From: an uncultured Actinomycetes bacterium
GTDB lineage: Bacteria; Actinomycetota; UBA4738; CALAEC01
Length of the DNA stretch: 64,000 nucleotides
Assembly (NCBI GenBank): GCA_964551945.1
Contig: CAZKFH010000003.1
Coordinates: 9,130 to 73,129, forward strand
Direction of reading: 5' to 3'
Below, in pieces: positions 25,397 through 33,055 of the stretch. Position numbers and translations under genes: made by a program. How positions within the stretch are numbered: the first letter of the stretch is position 1; every line of letters starts with the position of its first letter. The notes beneath the pieces were generated by a model. It was not told where the DNA came from and ran no database searches. It was given only the letters and a program-made list of their open reading frames with translations.

Positions 25397-27355
25397 CTAG
25401 CCGACCGTCTCCTCGAAGCACCCGTACGACGACCCGTCATCCGACGTTGCCGACCCGTCGAATCTCCAGTCTCCGGGTCCAAGCTGAGCGTCGGCCAGGA
25501 AGTGTCCCTGCGTGAGAGGGATAGGGTCGAGCGAGAGGGCCGCGGACCCCGGCATCCAGGCGGTGATCGACGGAAGGCCGTCGACGGCGACCTCCTTGCC
25601 GTCGGGACCGATGAACGTGAAGTGCACCTCGAAACGACCCTGGCCCAGGTCGATCACGTACCCCTCGACGGAGCCACCATCGGGCGTGTCCAGTGTGCTG
25701 ACGGTCGGCTCATTCTGTTTCGTTCCCTCGATCCGAAGGGCTGTGCAGAGCGTCGCGAACTCGAGCGGCACCTCGACCGAGTCGGTGCCCTGCTGCACCA
25801 GCGCCGCCACTTTCCAGGGGCCGCCGATCGACAGGTTGCTGCCGGCTCCCTCGTACAACCCATCGTCCGTTGGATCCATCTCCAGTGTCGAGGGGGCGAC
25901 CTCGGCGGTTCCCAGGAAGGAGAACTGCAGGGCGACGCGCTGAGCCTCGATGGCTTCGCCAGAGTCGAAGTCGTTCGCCTGAAGGGCGAACTGATTCGAG
26001 CCCGCCAGTCCCGGACTCACCTCGAGGCGGAGGCGAACCGATCTCGCGAAGTCTGATCCCGTGACCGTGACGCCGGGGGGAGGCCCGGCTCGAGCAGGCA
26101 CTTGCGCCGGAGGCACGAGTGTCGCGAGGACCGCCGCTGCCCCCACGGCTGCAACCGCCAACGTGAGCTCCCCGCGAGAGATTCTTCGCAGCCCCCGGAG
26201 GGATGTCGCCGCTTCCCCAACGTGCCGGAAGCGGTTCACGGCGCCCAGTCCTGCCAGAGCCAGGATGAGCCCCGATTTCACCAGCACGGCGATGCCGTAG
26301 CCGGTCGTGAACAATGCACCCCAGTCGCCGATCTCGTTGATGGAGCGGATCACGCCGGTGACGACGACGGCCGCGAGCGCGAAGCCGGCCACCAGGGAGA
26401 AGCGCCGAACGGCCGAGGCCTTCGTCTCGCCCGGCTCTCCCCGGATCCCGACCAGCAGGGCCGCCAGGCCGCCGAGCCAGATGCCCGCGGCTGCGAAGTG
26501 CACCCACTGCCCCACGACCTTCGCCCAGGCCAGATCGCCGCGCGCCGCGGCGTGGCCCGCGATCACGTGGGCGAGCATCGCGCCTGCCGCCCCGAGTCCC
26601 ACCACGATCAGGGCTCGACGGCGAGATGCCGGCCACGCACGGGCCGCAAGAAGACCCGTCCCCGCGATCATGATCGCGCCACCCCGATACAGGAGGGCTC
26701 GACCCACCTTCGTCGGCAGGAACTCGCCGAACCCGGCACCCGAGCTCTGCTGCTGCGCCAGCGCGAGAACCACGAGGCCGACCACGGATACCAGCCACGC
26801 GCACGCCGCCAGCCGATAGACGCCGCGCGGGGAGTCGCCGAAGGCGATACCTCCAACCCAGGCTGCTCCGATCAGGAGGCCCAGCCCCAGGAAGATGATG
26901 ACACGTCCGGCCATCTCCAGCGGCGAGGACGGGGGTGTCTCGGGGGCTCCGGCAGAGGGAGTTACTCCGGCCGGGGAGACTCCGACCCCGAAGGCGAACG
27001 CGCCACCGCTGGGATGGCCATCGACCTGGGAGACGGTTCTCCACGTGACCGTGTAGACGCCTTGTTCGAGGGGCGGCGATGAGACGCTGAGGGCTCGAGG
27101 GTCACTCGAGGCCGCGTCGGCTCCACCGACGTCGAGCTCGGCTCCCGTGGTATCGAGGAGGACGATCGAGGACAGTGCCGGTTCGGGCGCCTCGGTGAAC
27201 CTGAGGACGATCTCGGATGGCGCCTCGGTGAGCGTCGCGCCGTCCGCGGGCTCCGACGCTTCCAGCAACGCGTGAGCATCGGCGGGTCCGGGCAGCATCA
27301 GGGCCAGAACGATGGCAGCTCCCGCTGCCGCCCAAACCCGCCGCGCTCTCGTCAT
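25397..27355 (-). CDS. CopC-CopD fusion copper transport/resistance protein (YcnJ-like) with C-terminal extracytoplasmic domains
   Basis: Signal peptide then HALLEASEPADGATLTEAPSEIVLRFTE (CopC with N-terminal His). Polytopic CopD-like core, then about 220 aa of beta-rich domains. ATG at 27355, just after the upstream stop, preferred over 27388. Confidence 0.85.
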   Translation of the reverse strand: MTRARRVWAAAGAAIVLALMLPGPADAHALLEASEPADGATLTEAPSEIVLRFTEAPEPALSSIVLLDTTGAELDVGGADAASSDPRALSVSSPPLEQGVYTVTWRTVSQVDGHPSGGAFAFGVGVSPAGVTPSAGAPETPPSSPLEMAGRVIIFLGLGLLIGAAWVGGIAFGDSPRGVYRLAACAWLVSVVGLVVLALAQQQSSGAGFGEFLPTKVGRALLYRGGAIMIAGTGLLAARAWPASRRRALIVVGLGAAGAMLAHVIAGHAAARGDLAWAKVVGQWVHFAAAGIWLGGLAALLVGIRGEPGETKASAVRRFSLVAGFALAAVVVTGVIRSINEIGDWGALFTTGYGIAVLVKSGLILALAGLGAVNRFRHVGEAATSLRGLRRISRGELTLAVAAVGAAAVLATLVPPAQVPARAGPPPGVTVTGSDFARSVRLRLEVSPGLAGSNQFALQANDFDSGEAIEAQRVALQFSFLGTAEVAPSTLEMDPTDDGLYEGAGSNLSIGGPWKVAALVQQGTDSVEVPLEFATLCTALRIEGTKQNEPTVSTLDTPDGGSVEGYVIDLGQGRFEVHFTFIGPDGKEVAVDGLPSITAWMPGSAALSLDPIPLTQGHFLADAQLGPGDWRFDGSATSDDGSSYGCFEETVG

Positions 27356-27359
27356 ACCT

Positions 27360-28010
27360 CTACGCGGCCGGCCGCTTCCGAAGCGCAACGACGAGGGCGA
27401 TCAGCGCAAGGATGCCGCTTCCGATCGCGAACCAGAGGGCAGTCTTGTCGCCACCGCCATCGTCGGCCCGGAGTCGGTCGACCGCCTGCGCGAGCTCACC
27501 GGCCGTCGGGTCCTGCTCCGGGAACTGGATATCCGCCGGGACATTCACGTTGGAGAAGGTGTCCTCGCTCGAGGTGAAGAACTCATCGATCTCCTGCCCG
27601 GCCACGGTTCCGGTGACGTGGTAGGTGTAGGTCCCCGGCCGGGTCGGGATGATGTCCGCCTCGAACAGCCCGGGCTCGCTGAACGCCTCGTCCATTGGAA
27701 GCGGTCCGGTGGTCGTCGTTGAGGTCTCGTCGCCAAACAGGATCTCGACCTGGATGTCGGCGTCGGAGATCGGGGGTCCTTCTTCGTCCTCGCTGGGTCC
27801 AACTTCGCTGAGGTGAACGCCGGCCGAATTCTGGTACCCCGCATAGGTCGGTTCGTTGCCCCAGCCGACGACCATGACGATGTCGCCGACCACGCGGTGC
27901 TCGTGCGCGCCGGCGGGGGCGGCCTGCATGACCATCAGCGCTCCCATCGCAAGCATCGAGAACGTCACCGCGAGCAGGCGGCGGCGTCCCGTTCGGATTG
28001 CTCGATTCAT
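27360..28010 (-). CDS. Secreted, C-terminally membrane-anchored protein with YcnI-like architecture
   Basis: ATG at 28010 lies 7 nt after GGGAGGA. Signal peptide ends AAPAGA, then HEH. About 150 aa beta-rich domain, acidic linker, single C-terminal TM (ALWFAIGSGILALIALVVAL) and a basic tail RKRPAA. Assignment rests on architecture and position next to CopCD, not on sequence motifs. Confidence 0.6.
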   Translation of the reverse strand: MNRAIRTGRRRLLAVTFSMLAMGALMVMQAAPAGAHEHRVVGDIVMVVGWGNEPTYAGYQNSAGVHLSEVGPSEDEEGPPISDADIQVEILFGDETSTTTTGPLPMDEAFSEPGLFEADIIPTRPGTYTYHVTGTVAGQEIDEFFTSSEDTFSNVNVPADIQFPEQDPTAGELAQAVDRLRADDGGGDKTALWFAIGSGILALIALVVALRKRPAA

Positions 28011-28065
28011 GTCTGCATCCTCCCTCAGTCTTGTGCCCACGCAATTGATTCGTTGCGGGGCCGCA

Positions 28066-28088
28066 GCAGGGACGGCCTTCGTCCCTGC
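28066..28088 (-). terminator. Hairpin between the 4-TM protein gene and the YcnI-like gene
   Basis: GCAGGGACG / gcctt / CGTCCCTGC gives a 9-bp stem directly after the stop at 28094. It could be a terminator or an attenuator. Confidence 0.4.
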
Positions 28089-28093
28089 GATCT

Positions 28094-28654
28094 TCACGCG
28101 ACGAGAACGGGAGGGGGTGCGCGGCGGCGAGAAAGAAGGAGAAGCCAGGCTCGGGATGGCGGGATCTGGAGGGCAGGTGCGGGGAAGGATTGCTGGACGG
28201 TGCGCCGCGTGGTTCGGAGGCGAACGACGATCGCACGAACAGCTCGGTGCAGCAGATCGAGGATCCACCCTGAGAGGACGGCGAGGAGCGGCTGCAGCGC
28301 CAGTCCGACGAACACCGCGGGGTCGAAGAGCGCTTCCTGGATGGACCAACCCCGCTCTGCCACCTCGATGATCGAGAACGCAGGGATCTGGATGGCGAGG
28401 AGACGGAGTGGGAGCCCGGGACCGTTCCAGGAGGAGTCCATCCGAAAGCTTCGTACCGCTGCCACCAGCAGGATGACGGGGATCGCGGCGAGCAGCGAGG
28501 CGGTGGCCAGACCGAGCCACTCGTGGCCGGTGATGTCGAGATGGACGTGCCTGAGGCTCTGGCTCGGATAGGTCAGGAGATACGCCACGAAGTGACCCGC
28601 GACGACCCCGACCCACGCGAGCGCGCCGGTAAGCGCCAACCTCGGACGTCTCAC
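28094..28654 (-). CDS. Small 4-TM membrane protein, function unknown
   Basis: GTG at 28654 (AGGA 8 nt upstream) gives 186 aa with four clear hydrophobic helices. The upstream part of the 295-aa track ORF is Arg/Gly-rich and looks non-coding. The start is uncertain. Confidence 0.45.
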   Translation of the reverse strand: MRRPRLALTGALAWVGVVAGHFVAYLLTYPSQSLRHVHLDITGHEWLGLATASLLAAIPVILLVAAVRSFRMDSSWNGPGLPLRLLAIQIPAFSIIEVAERGWSIQEALFDPAVFVGLALQPLLAVLSGWILDLLHRAVRAIVVRLRTTRRTVQQSFPAPALQIPPSRAWLLLLSRRRAPPPVLVA

Positions 28655-28682
28655 AGCTGAAATCCTAGGGCACCCGGACGTG

Positions 28683-28717
28683 GAAGAGGGCGGAGCGCCC
28701 GCTGCTCCGCCCTCTTC
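28683..28717. other. Orphan 14-bp perfect stem-loop in a divergent intergenic region
   Basis: GAAGAGGGCGGAGC / gcccgct / GCTCCGCCCTCTTC. It lies about 30 nt upstream (minus sense) of the GTG at 28654. No upstream gene on either strand needs a terminator here. Confidence 0.5.
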
Positions 28718-28746
28718 TTGGGTCCAGGCCCGAAGGCCGGCCCATG

Positions 28747-28810
28747 CCCTTTCCCCAGCCCACCGAGTGAAGCCTGGCCGTGAATCCGGCCTGTGGCCCC
28801 CCCTTTCCCC
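28747..28810 (+). repeat. Two copies of a C-rich decamer CCCTTTCCCC, 54 nt apart
   Basis: Exact copies at 28747..28756 and 28801..28810. Each is embedded in a nearly G-free tract (cccatgccctttccccagcccacc and ggccccccctttcccc). Confidence 0.6.
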
Positions 28811-28928
28811 GTGAAACTGGCGGGTCTTTCGTCCTGTAAAGCGTCGGTTTCGCCATCGAGATACGGCCTGGAAACGCCTTCTCTCGAAGCGTGTTTTACT
28901 TCCGCCGTCCAGCCCGAGGAGGTTCCGA

Positions 28929-29348
28929 ATGGCACAGTTCCCCAGCGAGGAATGGCTCAAGGCGTACATCGAGCGGATCAACGGCAGCTCCTCCTACAAG
29001 GAGGCCGCCGCCACGTGGGAGGGCGACGTCACCTACGTGATCGAGGCCGAGCCCGACAAGGGCGTCCCCGAGACGGTGTGGGCATGGCTCGACCTGTGGC
29101 ACGGCGAATGCCGGGGCGGGAAGATCGTCTCGCCGGAGGAAGGTGAGAAGTCTCAGTTCCTCATCCGCGCTCCGTACTCGCGGTGGAAAGAAGTCATCAA
29201 GAAGGAGCTCGACCCGATCAAGGGCATGATGCAGGGCAAGCTGAAGCTCAAGGGTGACCTCCCGACGATCGTCCGGTACGTGAAGGCATCGAACGAGCTC
29301 GTCAACCTCGCCCAGACGGTGCAGACCGAGTTCCCCGACGAGCAATGA
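28929..29348 (+). CDS. SCP2 sterol/lipid-carrier domain protein
   Basis: 139 aa with GAGGAGG RBS. SCP2-type C-terminal motif (DPIKGMMQGKLKLKGDLPTIVRY). Confidence 0.8.
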   Translation: MAQFPSEEWLKAYIERINGSSSYKEAAATWEGDVTYVIEAEPDKGVPETVWAWLDLWHGECRGGKIVSPEEGEKSQFLIRAPYSRWKEVIKKELDPIKGMMQGKLKLKGDLPTIVRYVKASNELVNLAQTVQTEFPDEQ

Positions 29349-30385
29349 AGGCCGTCGTCTACGAGGACGTCCAGAAGGTTCGCGTCGACGAGATCGACGA
29401 GCCCGCCATCGAGGAGCCCGCCGACGCGATCGTCCGCGTGACGACCTCCGCCATCTGCGGCTCGGACCTCCACTTCTTCCACGGCAAGGCACCGATGCTG
29501 CCCGGCGAGCAGCTCGGCCACGAGGGCATCGGTGTCGTGGAAGAGGTGGGCGACGGCGTGGACCGGTTCGCGCCGGGCGACCGTGTCGTCATCGCATTCA
29601 ACATCGTCTGCGGCGAGTGCTGGTTCTGTCAGAACGGGCAGAACGCGCTATGCGAGAACTACCGGAACATGGGCGGCGGGCTGGCGACCGGCAGCCTCGG
29701 TGGCACCCAGGCCGAGCAGGTGCTCGTCCCGAACGCGAACGTGAATCTGCTGAAGGTTCCCGAGGGCATGGAGGACGAGCGAGCGCTGTTCGTCGGCGAC
29801 ATCTTGACGACCGGCTACTACGGCGCGGCGATCGCGGGGATCAAGCCCGGCGATACGGTCGCCGTGATCGGTGCGGGCCCGGTCGGCTTCTTCGCAGCCC
29901 AGGCGGCCAGGCTGCACGATCCATCCGAGGTCATCGTGCTCGACATGCAGACCGACCGGCTCCAGCTCGCAGAGAAGATCGGCGCGGTCGCGGTCAACGT
30001 CACGGAGCGCAACGCACAGATGGCCGTGGCGGATCGAACCGGCGGACGCGGAGCCGATGTCGTGATCGAAGCCGTGGGAGCCATCCCCGCGTTCGAATCT
30101 GCGCTCGAGGTGGTCCGCTCCGGCGGAACCGTCTGCGTCCTTGGGATGTACACGACCGAGAGCGTTGAGCTGCAGTTCGGCATGCTCTGGTTTCGCACGC
30201 TGCGGTTCGTGATGAGTGGCTTCTGCCCGGTCCACGCGTACTGGGAGTCGGCGATGCAGGCGGTCGCCGACGGCAAGATCGATCCCTTGCCGATCGTCTC
30301 GCACACCCTTCCCCTGGCGGAGGCAGTGAAGGGCTACGACCTTTTCAACCGGAGGGAAGCAACCAAGGTCCTGCTGAAGCCGTGA
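29345..30385 (+). CDS. Zn-dependent alcohol dehydrogenase (MDR superfamily)
   Basis: ATGA overlap with the upstream gene. Catalytic Zn motif (ICGSDLHFF...GHEGIGVVEEVG), structural Zn cluster (CGECWFCQNGQNALC) and Rossmann motif VAVIGAGPVG. Confidence 0.9.
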   Translation: MKAVVYEDVQKVRVDEIDEPAIEEPADAIVRVTTSAICGSDLHFFHGKAPMLPGEQLGHEGIGVVEEVGDGVDRFAPGDRVVIAFNIVCGECWFCQNGQNALCENYRNMGGGLATGSLGGTQAEQVLVPNANVNLLKVPEGMEDERALFVGDILTTGYYGAAIAGIKPGDTVAVIGAGPVGFFAAQAARLHDPSEVIVLDMQTDRLQLAEKIGAVAVNVTERNAQMAVADRTGGRGADVVIEAVGAIPAFESALEVVRSGGTVCVLGMYTTESVELQFGMLWFRTLRFVMSGFCPVHAYWESAMQAVADGKIDPLPIVSHTLPLAEAVKGYDLFNRREATKVLLKP

Positions 30386-30795
30386 GGCCCACCGTCGAGT
30401 TCCTCGATCAGGAGCCGAACGGCATCGCCACGATGATCGGCGGGTTGATCCAGGCGAACCTCGCGAATCATCCGGACCGTTCGACGCTGCTCAAGCCGGC
30501 CATCGTGGGCATCGTCGCGGAGGATGCGCACGTGGCGCTGACGCTCGGGATCTCGCCGGAGCGCGTAACGGTTCGGAACGGGCTCGCGCCGCACGTCGAC
30601 GTGCTGGTGCGCTCGGATTCGGAGACGCTGACCGAGATGTCGTCGACCCCGCTCCGGCTCGGCTTTCCGGACGCGTTCAGCAAGGCGGGCCGCGCGGTCA
30701 CCCGGAAGCTCTTCTCCGGGGCGTTGAGCGTGCGGGGCCTCATCCTGCACGCGGGGACAGTCTCCCGGCTGAACCGCCTGCTCTCCGTAGCCTGA
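30382..30795 (+). CDS. Second SCP2-like domain protein
   Basis: GTGA overlap with the ADH gene. 137 aa with an SCP2-like tail (KLFSGALSVRGLILHAGTVSRL). Confidence 0.65.
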   Translation: MRPTVEFLDQEPNGIATMIGGLIQANLANHPDRSTLLKPAIVGIVAEDAHVALTLGISPERVTVRNGLAPHVDVLVRSDSETLTEMSSTPLRLGFPDAFSKAGRAVTRKLFSGALSVRGLILHAGTVSRLNRLLSVA

Positions 30796-30835
30796 GAAGG
30801 TGCATTTCAGAGACGCTCGTATCATTGAAGGTGCA

Positions 30836-32059
30836 ATGCCCCGCATCTTCCGGATCCTCCCCGTCGCCGCGATCCTCGTCACCACGTCGCTCTCGGGTGT
30901 GCAGGCGGCGTGCGCGAGCGGCCACATCGCCGCGACGCTGACCGACTTCCCGCCCGAGGCGATCTCGAGCCCCTTCTACTGGACGACCGAAGGCAGCGGG
31001 AGCAGTCAGATCCTCTTCGTCCTGCGAGCTATCGGGGACGACTGCACACCCTCGGCAATCACCATCAGCTACGCGACCAAGGACGGGTCGGCGACCGCTC
31101 CGACCGACTATGCGCCGACCTCGGGACAACGCGCTGTCAGCACCGACCCGACACACGGCGGGAACGATCGCCAGCCAGTCTCCGTGCCGGTCGTCGGCGA
31201 CCTGGTTCCGGAGGCCGTCATCGAATCGGCCGTCGTTGAGCTGAACGGCGTTCAGGGCGGAGGTCACCTGAGCGCGCCGATCTCCGCCGCGCTGCACATC
31301 GTGGACGATGACGGGCCGACGGCACAGATCTCCCTCGACCCCGCTGCGAGCTACCGGCAGCTCGAGACCTTCAACCTCGCGGGTATCGCGGTGTTCCGCG
31401 GCGGATCCGCCGGCGGGCAGGTCACGGTGCCGTACACCGTGCAGCCGGGTCCCGGTCCTGCTGCGAGCCCGGGGGGCGACTATCGGGCGGAGTCCGGCAC
31501 CCTCACCTTCGCGCCCGGCGACAGGATCGAGATGATCCCGATCACGCTGGTGAACGACCGCGACACCGAGGCGGACGAGAGGTTCACCGTGACGCTGACC
31601 GGCGCCGAGGGCGGCGAGCTCACCGAGGCGTCGAGCGTGGTGTTCACGATCCTCGATAACGAAGAGCTCTCCGCACCCGAGAGTCTCTTTCATCACCCGC
31701 GGAACAAGTTCAAGTACCGGGCGAAGGACTACCGCATCCGCGAGATCCACGTGTTCACCAAGGACAAGGGCGGGTCCGGCGTGACGCAAGCGCAGCTCGC
31801 GCTCAGGAAGGACCTGGCAGGAAGCGGATGCGAGTGGTGGAACGGGAAGAGGTGGAACAGCCGCTCCTGCAAGAAGCATCTGTGGGTGCCGATGGGGATC
31901 TACGAGCCCGACTTCTTCTACCTGCGAGTTCCCGAGCTTCCGCGAAGCACGGGGGGTATCAAGAGCTACACTGCGTTCTCGATGGCGATCGACGGCGCCG
32001 GAAATCGTGAGCGCCGCCTCGAGGCCGGCCGCAACGCCAACACCTTCGACATCAAGTAG
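30836..32059 (+). CDS. Secreted protein with two Calx-beta-like domains
   Basis: ATG at 30836 follows GAAGG and a signal peptide. Calx-beta signatures (ISYATKDGSATAPTDYAPTSG ... ; GGDYRAESGTLTFAPGDRIEMIPITLVNDRDTEADERFTVTLTG). Confidence 0.7.
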   Translation: MPRIFRILPVAAILVTTSLSGVQAACASGHIAATLTDFPPEAISSPFYWTTEGSGSSQILFVLRAIGDDCTPSAITISYATKDGSATAPTDYAPTSGQRAVSTDPTHGGNDRQPVSVPVVGDLVPEAVIESAVVELNGVQGGGHLSAPISAALHIVDDDGPTAQISLDPAASYRQLETFNLAGIAVFRGGSAGGQVTVPYTVQPGPGPAASPGGDYRAESGTLTFAPGDRIEMIPITLVNDRDTEADERFTVTLTGAEGGELTEASSVVFTILDNEELSAPESLFHHPRNKFKYRAKDYRIREIHVFTKDKGGSGVTQAQLALRKDLAGSGCEWWNGKRWNSRSCKKHLWVPMGIYEPDFFYLRVPELPRSTGGIKSYTAFSMAIDGAGNRERRLEAGRNANTFDIK

Positions 32060-32104
32060 CTGGCCCTTCGAGGTCGTTCCGAGTGTCGCTGGTACGCTGG
32101 CTCC

Positions 32105-33055
32105 GTGGATGACGCGGCAGTCGTCGAGGGTGTTCTCGCGGGTGATCGGCGTGCGGTTGCGCGGGCGATCTCGATGGTCGAGGACGGTGCCGCCGGACTT
32201 CCCGAGCTGATCGGCGGGCTGTTCGCCCGAACAGGAAACGCGTACACGGTCGGCCTGACGGGATCACCCGGCGTCGGGAAGTCGAGTCTCGCCGCGGAGC
32301 TCGTGAAGGCGGCGCGGCAGCGAGACAGGTCCGTCGCGGTGCTCGCGGTTGACCCCACGTCGCCGTTCACCGGCGGCGCGCTGCTGGGCGACCGGCTCCG
32401 CATGCAGACTCACGCGACCGACCCAAAAGTCTTCATCCGTTCGATGGCAACGCGCGGCCACCTCGGCGGGCTGGCACTCGCTGCTCCGGAGGCCGTGCGC
32501 GTCCTTGACGCGAGCGGCGCCGACCTCATCGTGATCGAGACGGTCGGCGTCGGTCAGGCCGAGGTGGAGATCGCGACGGCTGCGGACACCACGCTCGTCG
32601 TCGTCGCGCCCGGGTGGGGCGACGCGATCCAAGCATCGAAGGCCGGCATCCTCGAGATCGCCGACGTGTTCGTCGTCAACAAGGCGGACCGCGACGGCGC
32701 CGGCGAGGCCGCGCGGGACCTCGAGGCGATGCTGCACCTCGGCCCCAAGCTGGACTGGCCACCGCCGGTCGTGAAGACGTCCGCCCAGAGCAACGAGGGC
32801 ATCGATAACCTCTGGGACGCGATCGAGGGGCATCGCAAGCACCTCGAGTCCACCGGCGAGCTGGAGAAGCGACGACGCAAGCGGCTCCTCGGCGAGGTAG
32901 AGGACATGGTCGCGGTCCGTCTGCGCGAGCGGATCGACGCGCGGCTGCAAGAAGGCGATCTGGAGGCGCTCGCCGACGACCTGGTCGCGCGCAAGCTCGA
33001 CCCATACGCGGCGGTCGATATGCTGATGGACAAGCTGGCCGAGGAGAACGCGTGA
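32105..33055 (+). CDS. meaB: Methylmalonyl-CoA mutase-associated G-protein chaperone (MeaB/ArgK)
   Basis: P-loop [39 protein letters not shown] overlap with the mutase gene. Confidence 0.9.
   Translation: MDDAAVVEGVLAGDRRAVARAISMVEDGAAGLPELIGGLFARTGNAYTVGLTGSPGVGKSSLAAELVKAARQRDRSVAVLAVDPTSPFTGGALLGDRLRMQTHATDPKVFIRSMATRGHLGGLALAAPEAVRVLDASGADLIVIETVGVGQAEVEIATAADTTLVVVAPGWGDAIQASKAGILEIADVFVVNKADRDGAGEAARDLEAMLHLGPKLDWPPPVVKTSAQSNEGIDNLWDAIEGHRKHLESTGELEKRRRKRLLGEVEDMVAVRLRERIDARLQEGDLEALADDLVARKLDPYAAVDMLMDKLAEENA

Noticed and set aside
25710-27044. 444-aa minus-strand ORF and several plus-strand ORFs inside the CopCD gene
   Set aside because: These are alternative frames of a GC-rich membrane-protein gene. 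Their translations are Arg/Gly/Pro-rich, whereas the CopC and CopD motifs are in the 25397..27355 frame.
28793-29146. 117-aa plus-strand ORF and the 94-aa and 63-aa minus-strand ORFs in the 28655..28928 gap
   Set aside because: They have Gly/Arg/Pro-rich translations, no RBS and no hydrophobic or domain pattern. The plus-strand ORF runs out of frame into the SCP2 gene.
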